DNA from: Selaginella moellendorffii
Taxonomy: Eukaryota; Plantae; Lycopodiophyta
DNA length: 64,000 nucleotides
Direction of reading: 5' to 3'
Assembly: GCF_000143415.4 (NCBI RefSeq)
Contig: NW_003314331.1
Location: 168,244 to 232,243 of the forward strand
The notes under the pieces are model-generated. The model had not been told where the DNA came from and did not search any database. It saw only the letters and a program-made list of their open reading frames with translations. Numbering within the stretch: position 1 is the first letter of the stretch; every line of letters starts with the position of its first letter. Below are positions 47,252 through 57,689 of the stretch, one piece after another. The translations under genes were made by a program, and so were the position numbers.

Positions 47252-49468
47252 ATGGAATGCAACAGGGACGAGGCGTCTCGGGCGCTGGCGATCGCGGTGG
47301 AGAAGCTCGGCGCGCAGGACTGGGCCAGTGCGAAGAGGTTTGCGGCCAAGGCGGACCAGTTGTTCCCCAATCTGGAGGGACTGGCGCAGGTTGTGGCTGT
47401 GGCCAACGTCCAGAGCCGGGCGCATGGGAAAGCGGAGGGCGAGACGAACTGGTACGAGATTCTGGAAGTGGAAGCCAGCGCCGATGGGGTGGCCATCAAG
47501 AAGCAGTACAGGAAAATGGCGCTGGTTCTTCACCCGGACAAGAATAAGTTCCCTGGGGCCGAAGCTTCGTTCAAGCTCATCCAGGAGGCGTGGTCCGTGC
47601 TCTCCGACAGGACCAAGCGAGAAAAGTTCGATCTTTTGAAGAACATGACCAACAGTTCATGGCGTGGCAGCAACTTCGCGACGCAGCAGCAGCAAAGCAG
47701 CAACTTTCCGGCGTATCAGCAAAACTTTGCGGCCCAGGGCGTGTTTTGGACGAGGTGCCCTTTTTGCCAGATCCAGTTCCAGTATGGGATTCAGTACCTC
47801 AACCACAACCTCGTGTGCACGAGGTGTTCGAAAGATTTCGTGGCGGTGAGTGTAGAGAATGTCTTCCCGGGAAGGGCGCAGAGGCCGACTAGGCGGGGTG
47901 GTATGTTCTTCCCACGCAGGAACGCTGCGGCTTTTGCAGCGGCGGCGGCGCAAGCGGCTGCCAACGCTGGTGTTGATACGTCGGATGTCGTTCAGCGATG
48001 CTTCAACCAGGCGAAGAAGGAAAGGAAGGAGAAGGTGAAGGAAGAGAAGATTGCCAAGAGCAAGATGGAAGAAGGAAGTGCAGGCAGAGGCAGACGGAGG
48101 AAAGGCATTCAGACGAGGACCAGGAAGCTCGACGAGTTTTTGAACCGTTATCCGGCAAGCAACGATGATCCGAAAGAGTTCGCTAGGAAAGTGGCCGAAG
48201 ACCACCCAGTGAATCATGAACAGCCGAAAGAAGAACCCGAGCCTGTGCCAGAAGAAGCATTCCCCTCGGCCACCGGTCCTAGCGGCGGCAATGCGGAGGA
48301 AGAAACGAAGCAAGCTCCTTCGGAATCAAAGGAAACAGAGAGTCCGAAAGTACAGGATGAGACGCAGTTCCAAGTGAATGCAGAAGATCAGGAGGGGAAG
48401 GACGACGATGGCCACCAGCAAGAAGACGGCAGGGAAGAAAACCATCAGAATGAGCAGTCTCATGGCAAGCTCGAGGTTCCAGACAGCGATGAGGAGCTTC
48501 TGGTGAACTTCAGGAGACCGCAAAGGAGAAGCCTGGAAGTTCCAGACAGCGAAGAAGAAGACTGGAAGCCAGAGAAACCCGCGAGTTCACAGCGGGTGCC
48601 AGAGAATGAGAAGCCAGCTAGCGAGAAACCGGCTGCCGAGGAGCAGGCTCCGGCCACCAGACGCTCGTCCCGCAAGCGAAACATCCTCTGCTACAGGTTC
48701 GACGATCACGGGGAAGACGATCCGGAAAAGGAGTTCCCGAGCGGGAAGAAAGGCCGGTTCTCCTCTCCCGAGGACTTCCCGGGAGGAGACGATCGTCCTC
48801 CGCCCATGGAGCAGGCATTCGGGACTTACGACTTCGACGCCGACCGGACGCTGCTTAAGGTGAAGAAGGGCCAGGTGTGGTCGGTTTACAACGTCGACGA
48901 CTCGCTTCCGAGCTGGTACGCCAAGGTGACGAACGTGAAAAGCGAGCAGCACATATCAGCGAAGTGGCTGGAGCAGATCAAGGGGAAGTCGCGGGACGTC
49001 GATGCGTGGCAGGAGGTGGGACACTACGCGCCGTGCGGCGACTTCCAGCTCCACAAAGATACGCAGAAGCTGAGCCTGACGATGCTGTGCCAGGAAGCCC
49101 GAGCGGAGCCGCTGGAAAAGAGCAAGAACAGGTGGAAGATCTATCCTCGGGCGGGAGAGGTTTGGAGTTTGATCCGGGGGTGGGACAGGAGCTTGCTGAG
49201 CGGCAAGAACGACGCCAGGACTTTCGTGTACGACTTCGGCGAGGTGTTGAGCGACTACACGCCCGAGAAGGGCGTCAAGGTGGCGCCGCTGGTGAGACGC
49301 GAGGGAGGAGGTTTCGTGAGAGAGGCCACGGGGAAGTGGCGGCACGTCGGCGAGGCGGAGCTCATGAGCTTCGCGTACAGGGTCCCGGCGGTGAAGATGG
49401 CGGAGCCGCCCGGAGCGTGGCAGCTCGACTCGGAGACTTTCGCGCGAGATACAGAGGAGGAAGAATAA
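47252..49468 (+). CDS. DnaJ-domain protein with Zn-ribbon and DUF3444 domain
   Basis: MECNRDEASRA N-terminus, J domain NWYEILEV...YRKMALVLHPDKNK, FWTRCPFC...CTRC, and C-terminal GQVWSVY...IYPRAGEVWSL...FAYRVP. Single long ORF. Confidence 0.92.
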   Translation: MECNRDEASRALAIAVEKLGAQDWASAKRFAAKADQLFPNLEGLAQVVAVANVQSRAHGKAEGETNWYEILEVEASADGVAIKKQYRKMALVLHPDKNKFPGAEASFKLIQEAWSVLSDRTKREKFDLLKNMTNSSWRGSNFATQQQQSSNFPAYQQNFAAQGVFWTRCPFCQIQFQYGIQYLNHNLVCTRCSKDFVAVSVENVFPGRAQRPTRRGGMFFPRRNAAAFAAAAAQAAANAGVDTSDVVQRCFNQAKKERKEKVKEEKIAKSKMEEGSAGRGRRRKGIQTRTRKLDEFLNRYPASNDDPKEFARKVAEDHPVNHEQPKEEPEPVPEEAFPSATGPSGGNAEEETKQAPSESKETESPKVQDETQFQVNAEDQEGKDDDGHQQEDGREENHQNEQSHGKLEVPDSDEELLVNFRRPQRRSLEVPDSEEEDWKPEKPASSQRVPENEKPASEKPAAEEQAPATRRSSRKRNILCYRFDDHGEDDPEKEFPSGKKGRFSSPEDFPGGDDRPPPMEQAFGTYDFDADRTLLKVKKGQVWSVYNVDDSLPSWYAKVTNVKSEQHISAKWLEQIKGKSRDVDAWQEVGHYAPCGDFQLHKDTQKLSLTMLCQEARAEPLEKSKNRWKIYPRAGEVWSLIRGWDRSLLSGKNDARTFVYDFGEVLSDYTPEKGVKVAPLVRREGGGFVREATGKWRHVGEAELMSFAYRVPAVKMAEPPGAWQLDSETFARDTEEEE

Positions 49469-49680
49469 GATGAGAATTGGGCTGCTTCTTCGTCCTGGCC
49501 TCTGCTAGAACAGGCTTTAATTTATTTAAATTTTAGGGTTAACTTTAAACAGAATATTCGTTTCCGGTGAAAACGAATATTCCTTTTGGATTGTGGTTGG
49601 GTTTAACAAGAATATTCTACTGGCTTACCTGGAATATTCTACTGACGTTTACATGCCGAAAAAGCCCTAAACCCTGGGCT

Positions 49681-51350
49681 ATGGCGCCATCGCAGCAATG
49701 GGTGGAGAAGTAGTGAGTGGATTCCATGGAGGAGTTCCTTGTGTTTGATTCCAGCGCTTCTTCTTTTTGCTCGATCCAGCCGCCCCAAGCAGGTCAAGGA
49801 TGTGGCTCACCAGGACGAGGTCGTGCGCACGCTCGCGAATGCTCTTGAGACGGGGAATGTGAGTGCTTTCTTTTCTTTTCTTGCTTGAGGCCAGCGATTT
49901 CTGTGAGCGCGCAGCTGCCGCATTTGCTCTTCTATGGGCCGCCTGGGACTGGGAAGACGTCGACTGCGCTGGCGGTAACAAGGGAGCTCTTTGGGTGAGC
50001 TTTTCCTTTTATTCTTGTTCTTGAAGAAGCGAGTGGTTTTTAAATCTTCTCTGTGTGATTTCTTTTCGTTTTTTTTTCTCGTAGGCCGCAGCTTTACAAG
50101 ACCAGAGTTCTCGAGTTGAATGCCAGTGATGATCGAGGAATAAATGTGGTGCGAACGAAGATCAAGGACTTTGCTGCTGTTGCAGTGGGTCGTGGAGTGA
50201 GGTACTTCGCTTTTTTCTGGACGAACGAGTTTATACCTTTGCTTATGCGACCTCGTCGTTGCTTTTACAGTGACTATCCTTGTCCGCCTTTCAAAGTTAT
50301 CATCCTAGACGAAGCGGATTCAATGACTGAGGATGCACAGGTTTGAGCTATCTGCATTTTTTTTTTTCTCGCTCCCTTCTGATCAATCAGTTCGGGTTCT
50401 AGAACGCGTTGAGGCGTACAATGGAAACTTACTCGAAGGTTACGAGATTTTGCTTCATTTGCAACTACATAAGCAGGCTAGTAATTCTTTTCTGTCGAGT
50501 GTAAAACTATCATTCTGTGCTTTAGGATTATCGAGCCACTGGCATCAAGATGTGCGAAGTTTCGTTTCAAGTCTTTGAACCAAGACGTGATGCACGGGAG
50601 GATTTTGCATATATGCTCAGAGGAGGGGGTGCAAATGGGCTCCGAGGTTACGATTTCTTCTGCTTCCTTTCCTATTGTTCTTATGTTTTACTTTTTTTAT
50701 ATATATATCAGGCACTGGCTACATTGAGTCGAGTGTCCGAGGGAGATCTTCGTCGAGCAATCACATATCTACAGGTTTTAGAGTTCTGTGCTTCTGCGTA
50801 ATCGGGAACTGTTTGTTTTGTGTAGAGCGCTACGAGGCTTTATGGATCATCGATCACAAGCAAGGATATCCTCAGCGTTTCCGGGGTAAGCCTTTGATCC
50901 CTTTGTCGTCAATTTCTAGCGATATCTCGTTGCAGGTTATTCCAGATAACGTGATCCAGTCCCTCTTGCAAGCCTGTACGAGTGGAGTGTTTGATCAAGC
51001 TCAAAAGGAGGTGACCAACATCATAGCCGAAGGCTATCCTGTCTCACAAATATTTTCTCAGGTAACTTGGAAGCATTAAGTGCTTTTGCAAAGATAAGAT
51101 TTCTTCTCAGGTTTACGATCACGTTGTCGAATCGCCTGAGATATCGGACGAGCAGAAAGCTAAAATCTGCCAGAGACTAGCCGAAGCTGACAAGGTGCTA
51201 GTAGCAAGAAGAACGAGCTCTTTAACGATTTTTTTTTCATTCTTCCAGTGTCTTCTCGATGGAGCAGACGAGTCTTTGCAACTCATGGACGTGTGCAGCA
51301 ATACTATGCGAGCACTCTGTAACATGACCCAAGAGTGTAGCTATGTCTAA
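49681..51350 (+). CDS. RFC4: Replication factor C small subunit (p37 / yeast Rfc2 ortholog), multi-exon
   Basis: [14 protein letters not shown] Walker [34 protein letters not shown] and [11 protein letters not shown]. Confidence 0.92.
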
Positions 51351-51431
51351 CTTGATTTCTCCACTTAACATGAATTCTCCCTCGCTGCTGTTTCCAGAGT
51401 GAGATTTGTCTATATCACACCTTGGAGCTAC

Positions 51432-52992
51432 TTATCTGAGACCTTGAGCAAACCTGGAGGACACGGGAACACCACGCTTCCATGGGAGCTGCTCCACAGC
51501 AGGCGCTGCTGGGCTCTTCTTTCCTTCCGGAGCCACACTGGCTTTGGGATCCACCAGTGTCTTCTGGAAAGTTTGCGAGAAACCAGTGGCGATTATCGTG
51601 ACGTGAACTTGGCCGTCGTATCTCTCGTCGACCACAGCACCAAATATGATATTTGCTGCGGGGTCTGCCAAGCCGGTCACCACCTAAAAGGAGAGAAACC
51701 ATGAGAACATCAAGTTTTTATGATCGGCTATGGCTATACAGACCTGAGAGACTCGGTTAACCTCTTGAAGCGTCAAGTCCCTTCCACCCGTGATGTTGTA
51801 AACAACACCCGTGGCTCTTTCGATCGATCTCTCGATCAATGGAGCTGATGTGGCCTGCTGAGCCGCTTCTTCTGCCCGGTTTTTGCCGCTAGCAGTCCCG
51901 ACTCCAAGCATGGCGGTCCCTGAGTTTGTCATGATCGCTTTCACGTCTGCGAAATCTACGTTCACCAGTCCTGGAATCTGGAGATGACATTTTTCAGAAC
52001 AATCTCTACCGAAGGACAATAAACTTACAGTGATAATGTCCGAGATGCCCTGCACACCCTGCCTAAGAACATCGTCCGCGAGAAGAAAAGCTTCCTGCAA
52101 AGGAGTGTGTTCTTGAACCAAGTCAAGCAGCCTGTCGTTGGGGATCACAATGAGTGTGTCTACGTTGCTTCGCAGCCTCTCAATGGCGTCCAAAGCCTAG
52201 AAAGCTGTCGCATTAGCATCACACGAAAACAAAAAGGTGAGGAAAGAAACTCGCGCACCTGTTGAGATCGTCGTCTCCCTTCGAAAGTAAAAGGATACGT
52301 GACAACACCCACAGTCAGTTGTCCCTTCTCTTTGGATAGACGAGCGACGACTGGTGCTGCTCCGGAGCCTGTTCCTCCACCCATCCCGGCTGTGATGAAA
52401 ACCAAGTCGGAATCAGCGACAGCCACCTTGAGATCATCCTTGGATTCTTCGGCAGCTTCTTCACCAAGGCTCGGTTTTCCACCGGTTCCTGCAAAAGAAA
52501 AACAAAATCACCAGAGAAAAAAAAAGGAAAAAGAAAAGACATGCTAGCTTTTGAGTGTCAAGAATCTCTTACCCAATCCCCGAGTGAGCTCCTCTCCAAT
52601 TTGCAAGCGATTGCTCGCAGAGGACTGCACCAGCGCCTGGGCATCTGTGTTTATGGCCCAAAAGTCTACTCCCTGCGACAAACTTACTTAAGACATGATC
52701 GGACGAACCAAAAAACCAAAGAACTTACTTGCAATCCACTTCCAATCATTCGATTTACAGCATTATTCCCACCTCCTCCGATGCCAACCACTTTAATCCT
52801 TGCGGAGTCCATGCCAATCGCTTCCAGCACCGCCACACAGCATACCCGCGCCCTTCTCACCCTTCTCGAAATTGAAAACCCCCCATTTCTTCCCTCTCCC
52901 TGTCCCTGAAACCCATCGCCCGCATAAATCGAGCAAGCTGAATCCGCCAGGAACGGTCTCGTTATGGGAAAGCATCGCTGCGCCGCCAGCAT
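51432..52992 (-). CDS. FTSZ1: Plastid division protein FtsZ1, multi-exon
   Basis: Transit-peptide-like N-terminus, [20 protein letters not shown], the GGGTGSG tubulin signature and NVDFADV. Short C-terminus lacks the FtsZ2 core motif. Confidence 0.9.
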
Positions 52993-53764
52993 TCTCCCGC
53001 TCTTGCGACCCTAGCTAGTCTTCCATAAACCCTAACCCCTCAATAATCTCCCGCCAATTTTTCTTTCAAACCGTCAATGCAATAATATAGTGCTAGTCCT
53101 GCCATGGGCATTCGGGATTTCTGACAATCATGGCTTGCAAAAACTTTGTAACATCATAATTCCATTTGCGTTATGTAGTTAACAAGATAGGAAATGGTGG
53201 CTTTGTTTGCAAGGATGACATGTAATTGATCTCTCCGAGGTGTAGAGCGTTGTGTGACCGTCTCTACCTGATCTTCAGCGCAGATTCGTAGATGTCATGG
53301 ATGTTTTTCTCGTCGTTTGAGCTCAACCAAGAGACTGTGGCTTCCAGTGGCCATGGTGTAAATGTTCCACCTTGGGAGGTGGTTCGAATATCTCTGCTGG
53401 ATTTACTTCTTTGCAGTAGAGATCAGGGCAGAAATTTCATAAAATATTTGGACTGGCATTTTGAAAAATAGCTAACTTGTTGAAATGAAAGTTTAGCAGT
53501 CCAGGTCGAAAGAAAGTTAAAATATTAGTCAGGTATTTCTGAAACTTTAATATAGGATAGACTATCCATTTATACCATCTTACTCTTCCATAAGACTACT
53601 TTTAAGTAGTGACTAAAAGGTAAGCTGTTATTTTAGTTGCAAGCTTTTAGTTATATATTTTCTAATTAAAAAAGAGTTTTTTTTTCTTATTAAAAGTCAC
53701 AAATTTTTCTTCTCAAATTTATAATCAGATATGTGAATATTTTAGTGATTATTATTTTTTGGTG

Positions 53765-54060
53765 GGGTGGTAGCGGATATACCTAGAATATTTTTGGATA
53801 TTTTATGATATTCTACTGTCTAACAGTTGTTATTCATTTAGATTAATCAAGTATTTATAATTTATAAACATATTTATAATTTATAAAATTTCCTAAACAC
53901 TTTCTAGTATATTCTAATATATTCTACCATCTAATGGTTGATATTCAATAAGATTAATCTTGTCTTTATAAATATAAACATGTTAATTTTTATAAACTTC
54001 AATTGGATTAATAGATAGGAATAAGAAAATTATTCTAATGAATGCTCCAATTGTGCACCA
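53765..54060. repeat. Dispersed copy of the AT-rich ~290-bp repeat
   Basis: tatacctagaatat...taacagttgttattcatttaga...aaacactttctagtatattct aligns with 2050-2300. Confidence 0.75.
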
Positions 54061-54239
54061 CACTTGCACTACCAGAATGACAACTGACCCTCTAAAGCAA
54101 AGGGTAAAATTAAATTTTCTATAAGGGTGGTGAAATAAAACTTTAGGGTTCTTGGAAGGTTTAAATTTTAGGCTAAAATATATTTGAATTATACATGATG
54201 CAAACTTTTCAAATGCTCGTTTTTGTTTTGTTTTTTCGT

Positions 54240-54920
54240 CGGGTAGATCCCAACACGGATGTTGCAATGTATGAATCGGATGAAATCATCAAGTACCTTG
54301 TACCACATAAACTTGTTAGTTTATCCTCGATTTTTTTTCCAGGGAATGCCTTTTATGCTGTCAGGGTTTCTTCACGGTAATGTATTGTGTATATATTTTT
54401 TCCACCGGCTTTTCATTTGCTATCAAATTATAACAGACTCGGGCGTGCAGGCAAGGTAAACTTTCACGTCTTTCACTTTGACGATACAAACCATGTTTTT
54501 GTTTTCAAACCAGACAAGCCTCTAAAGATCTGGGCGAATTGAAAACTCAAAAAAGAAAGAGAGAGCTATATCTTAAAGCTGGATTTTGTGAGCAGCTTTC
54601 GCCTTTCTGTAAGATCGTACGAGAAAGGCTGGTTGAATTGGAGCTCCCTCACGTTTACTACAAGTAAGTCTCTAGTTTGTCTCTCGAGCTCTTTTTTAAG
54701 TCTCTACTTCACACTGTCCAGTGCCGCTCGTGGAAGTCCCAAACGAAATTATCTCTTGGAACGGACTGGAATTTTTCAGGTACTTATAAATTCGATACAA
54801 TGGTGTTGGAATCACTCTTTTGTTTCCCAGGTTCCTTTCTTAGAAGACCCCAACACCGGCGTGGAGATGTTTGAAAGCTCGGAGATTATCAAGTATCTTA
54901 ACACAACGTATGCCTTGTAA
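54240..54920 (+). pseudogene. 5'-truncated GST-N/thioredoxin-family gene (plant double GST_N type)
   Basis: VDPNTDVAMYESDEIIKYL, SPFCKIVRERLVELELPH, ARGSPKR and QVPFLEDPNTGVEMFESSEIIKYL. The N-terminal part is absent and the middle exons look disrupted. Confidence 0.7.
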
Positions 54921-54998
54921 AGAAAAGAGATTCTCATTTTATAAATAAATTCAAGCAGCAGTTTTGGAAGTAGATTACTAAGTTTGGACACACGAAAT

Positions 54999-56595
54999 TT
55001 AGTTGTAGTACAGTCGGAGTTCTGGTTGAGTTTGACACTCGACGTCCCAAACCATGCCTAAACCCTGAGGTTTTTCCCTGAATTTCTGTGTCTCTGGCAA
55101 CACTCCCTTGTAAGGATTCATCTGGAAAAGATAGATAGAAGCAGCAAAGTATTAGAAGTAAGAAAGAACTTCTACTAAAACTTACATATCGCCGGGAACT
55201 CTGCTTTCACGTAATCGTGACCAACAAACTTCTGGTTCCAGAGCAAATCGTGAGAATAATATTTCCTGAAAAACGAAAAACAAATCAGAGCATATCTGCG
55301 ATTTAAAAACTTAAACTCGTACTCTGGTTGCTTGATGACGATATCTGAGCCATCTTCTTCATCGGCTTCAATATGTCCCCAAACAGTACCTCTAAAGTGA
55401 TGAATCTCTTCTCATTGTTTTCCTGATCAGAAATTTAATTAATATCAATTAATAAGAAAAACGCCATAAAATTCTAATAAGGAGACCAACCTTTCGTATG
55501 TCATGCTTGCAAGGATCGACCACATTCTTGAGGCTGTACTTAATTGTATGCTCCAAGGGCTCGAAAGGATTATAATCTGGACGTGGCAAAATCATCTGCT
55601 TGTTGGCTATCGAGCAGTATTGATACTGGTACCATCCTGCAAATTGGCAAACGAATGAATGAACTGAAAGTTTAAGATTTCTCACTGAGCTTGTCCTTGA
55701 TGTAATTCGGAGACATTCCATTCAGCTCGTCCTCGATCTGTCTCTGTATGGGCTCAAAAACTTGCATTCTCCACTTCTCATACAAGATCGCAAGCTTCTT
55801 GACATGCTTCTCGTCAACCAGCTCGATCATATCGCCCATTTGCCGCAGTATGTGTCCCTTTTTGTACTCCGCGCCTCTGGAATACGATCGATACATCTTC
55901 TCAAACTTGATCTCGGCTTTCCTCCTCTTGCGCTCCTTGATCCTCTCGACCAGCTTTTCCAGGGAAAAACAACGCAAACAATCAGCCAAACAATCTCGCG
56001 AGAGCAACTTCAGAAGAGTTTACCTTAGAAACATTCTCACAAGAAAGATTTAGGTTCCAACCTCCTTCGAATCTTATATTTCCTCTGCATGGATGAGCAC
56101 GTATAAATTCTTATGTAAAATCGTAAGATCGAGACTTACACGTTTCTTCCTGCGAGGGACCAGCTTTGGATCCGGCGGCGGCTTTGGAGCATGAACAACA
56201 CTCCTGGGTGCGGGACAGCCTCAGATCCAGCGCAGGGGTTTGAAGAAATCCAGAAATGCATCAGGCTTGGTCATGGTGATCTGGCCTTTGGGATTTGGCT
56301 CCTACTCTTCATCCGCTTGCTTGACCAACTTTGGGCGGAAGAACCCGATATACGAGAGTGGCTTGCATCGCGAGATCTCCCCCGGCACAACAAAAGGGTT
56401 GTGCGGGAGCCGCTCCTTCTTGTTCTTACGGTATTTCTTCACCTTGGCTTGATCCAGGTGGTCGTCCAGCGGCGAAGCGGGCCGCCTCCTCTCCTTCTTC
56501 CGTGGGATCTCCACCTTTCTCCATGGAACTGGGAAGCGCTCCTTCTTGGAGTAGCGTTTCGTTGGCGGAGGAGCTCCCCAATTGTCCCAGGCCAT
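54999..56595 (-). CDS. Multi-exon basic protein, FAM228-like
   Basis: MAWDNWGAPPP start, KKLAILYEKWRMQVFEPIQRQI and DYNPFE...DPCK resemble my recollection of FAM228 motifs. Clear short introns. Confidence 0.6.
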
Positions 56596-56961
56596 GGCTA
56601 GAAATCTCTTTTGCAAGACAATGGAGATGGAAATTGAGAATGAGAGAGAGTGAACCCAAGAAAAAAGGAGGAGAACAATGATGGAAAATTTGCGCGCGCT
56701 TGCTGCTTGAGCCGGCCGGCTTTCCCACCACCGTTTTCCACCAGTATGGTTTGCCACGACTATCTTTTTTTTAAACAAGTTTGGAAACGATGATGGAATG
56801 TTACAACATAGCTGAAGGTACAAAGGATGATAGATTTGAAAAAAAATTATAACATAGTTGAAGGTACAAAGGATGATAGATATGAAAACAAACAGTAAGA
56901 TGGCTGATTTTGGAAACAGACTATAGTCTATACTTGAAGTTACAAAGGATGATAGATTTAA

Positions 56962-57186
56962 TCACGGGTAGGTATATGGTAGCGGGGGGTGTTTGCATAG
57001 CTCGAACTGCTTCTTGAAGAAGTCTGGCTCGGTTGGCGCGATGAGATCCATGATCTCCATCATATCTGGAGGCTGCCCTAGCAGCTCGGCGTAGATCATC
57101 GCCCTCGCGTATTGGCCCTTGGAAGCATAGAAATATGCGTTCGTCCGCCACTCTTTCTTTTGCTTTTGGCTTGGAGACTTTTCCAT
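56962..57186 (-). CDS. Small intronless hypothetical protein (74 aa)
   Basis: ATG-initiated ORF that is more GC-rich than its AT-rich flanks. No family recognised. Confidence 0.4.
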   Translation of the reverse strand: MEKSPSQKQKKEWRTNAYFYASKGQYARAMIYAELLGQPPDMMEIMDLIAPTEPDFFKKQFELCKHPPLPYTYP

Positions 57187-57689
57187 GTTTAAGTAAACCT
57201 TAGAACTTAGTTCGACCTTTATAGTAAAGCAACCAAAAGGCTCGCTAAACAGAGGACGGTCCTTTTGGCTTTAGTTAATGTAGTTTACATAAATAAACTT
57301 TTTCAAGTAAAAGGAATCAAAGAAGAACTTCTAGAAAAGTCTTGAACAATTCCGAATCATATTCTTTAAATTTTACATTACGTAGTTATTTTTTAAAGAA
57401 ATTAACTGGATAATATTGTCATTCATGCTACATATAGTGTAGTAAGAAAACTTTCACAGCACTGTTGCGAGATTTAATCGTGTGTTTGCTAGTATCAAAT
57501 AGTGGCAATCAAACTCAAAAGAGTGCAGGATCACAATACATTTCCATGGGATCCCAGCATTTACTCTCTATTGAAACACCACATCCATGCCATTGCTAAA
57601 CGGCCAATGCTCAAGTGCTCTTCCACAAAGTTCTCTTAGCACGAGCTTGCTTTAAAAGCGCTTTTGAAACGTTTCTTTTGTTTTTCCAT

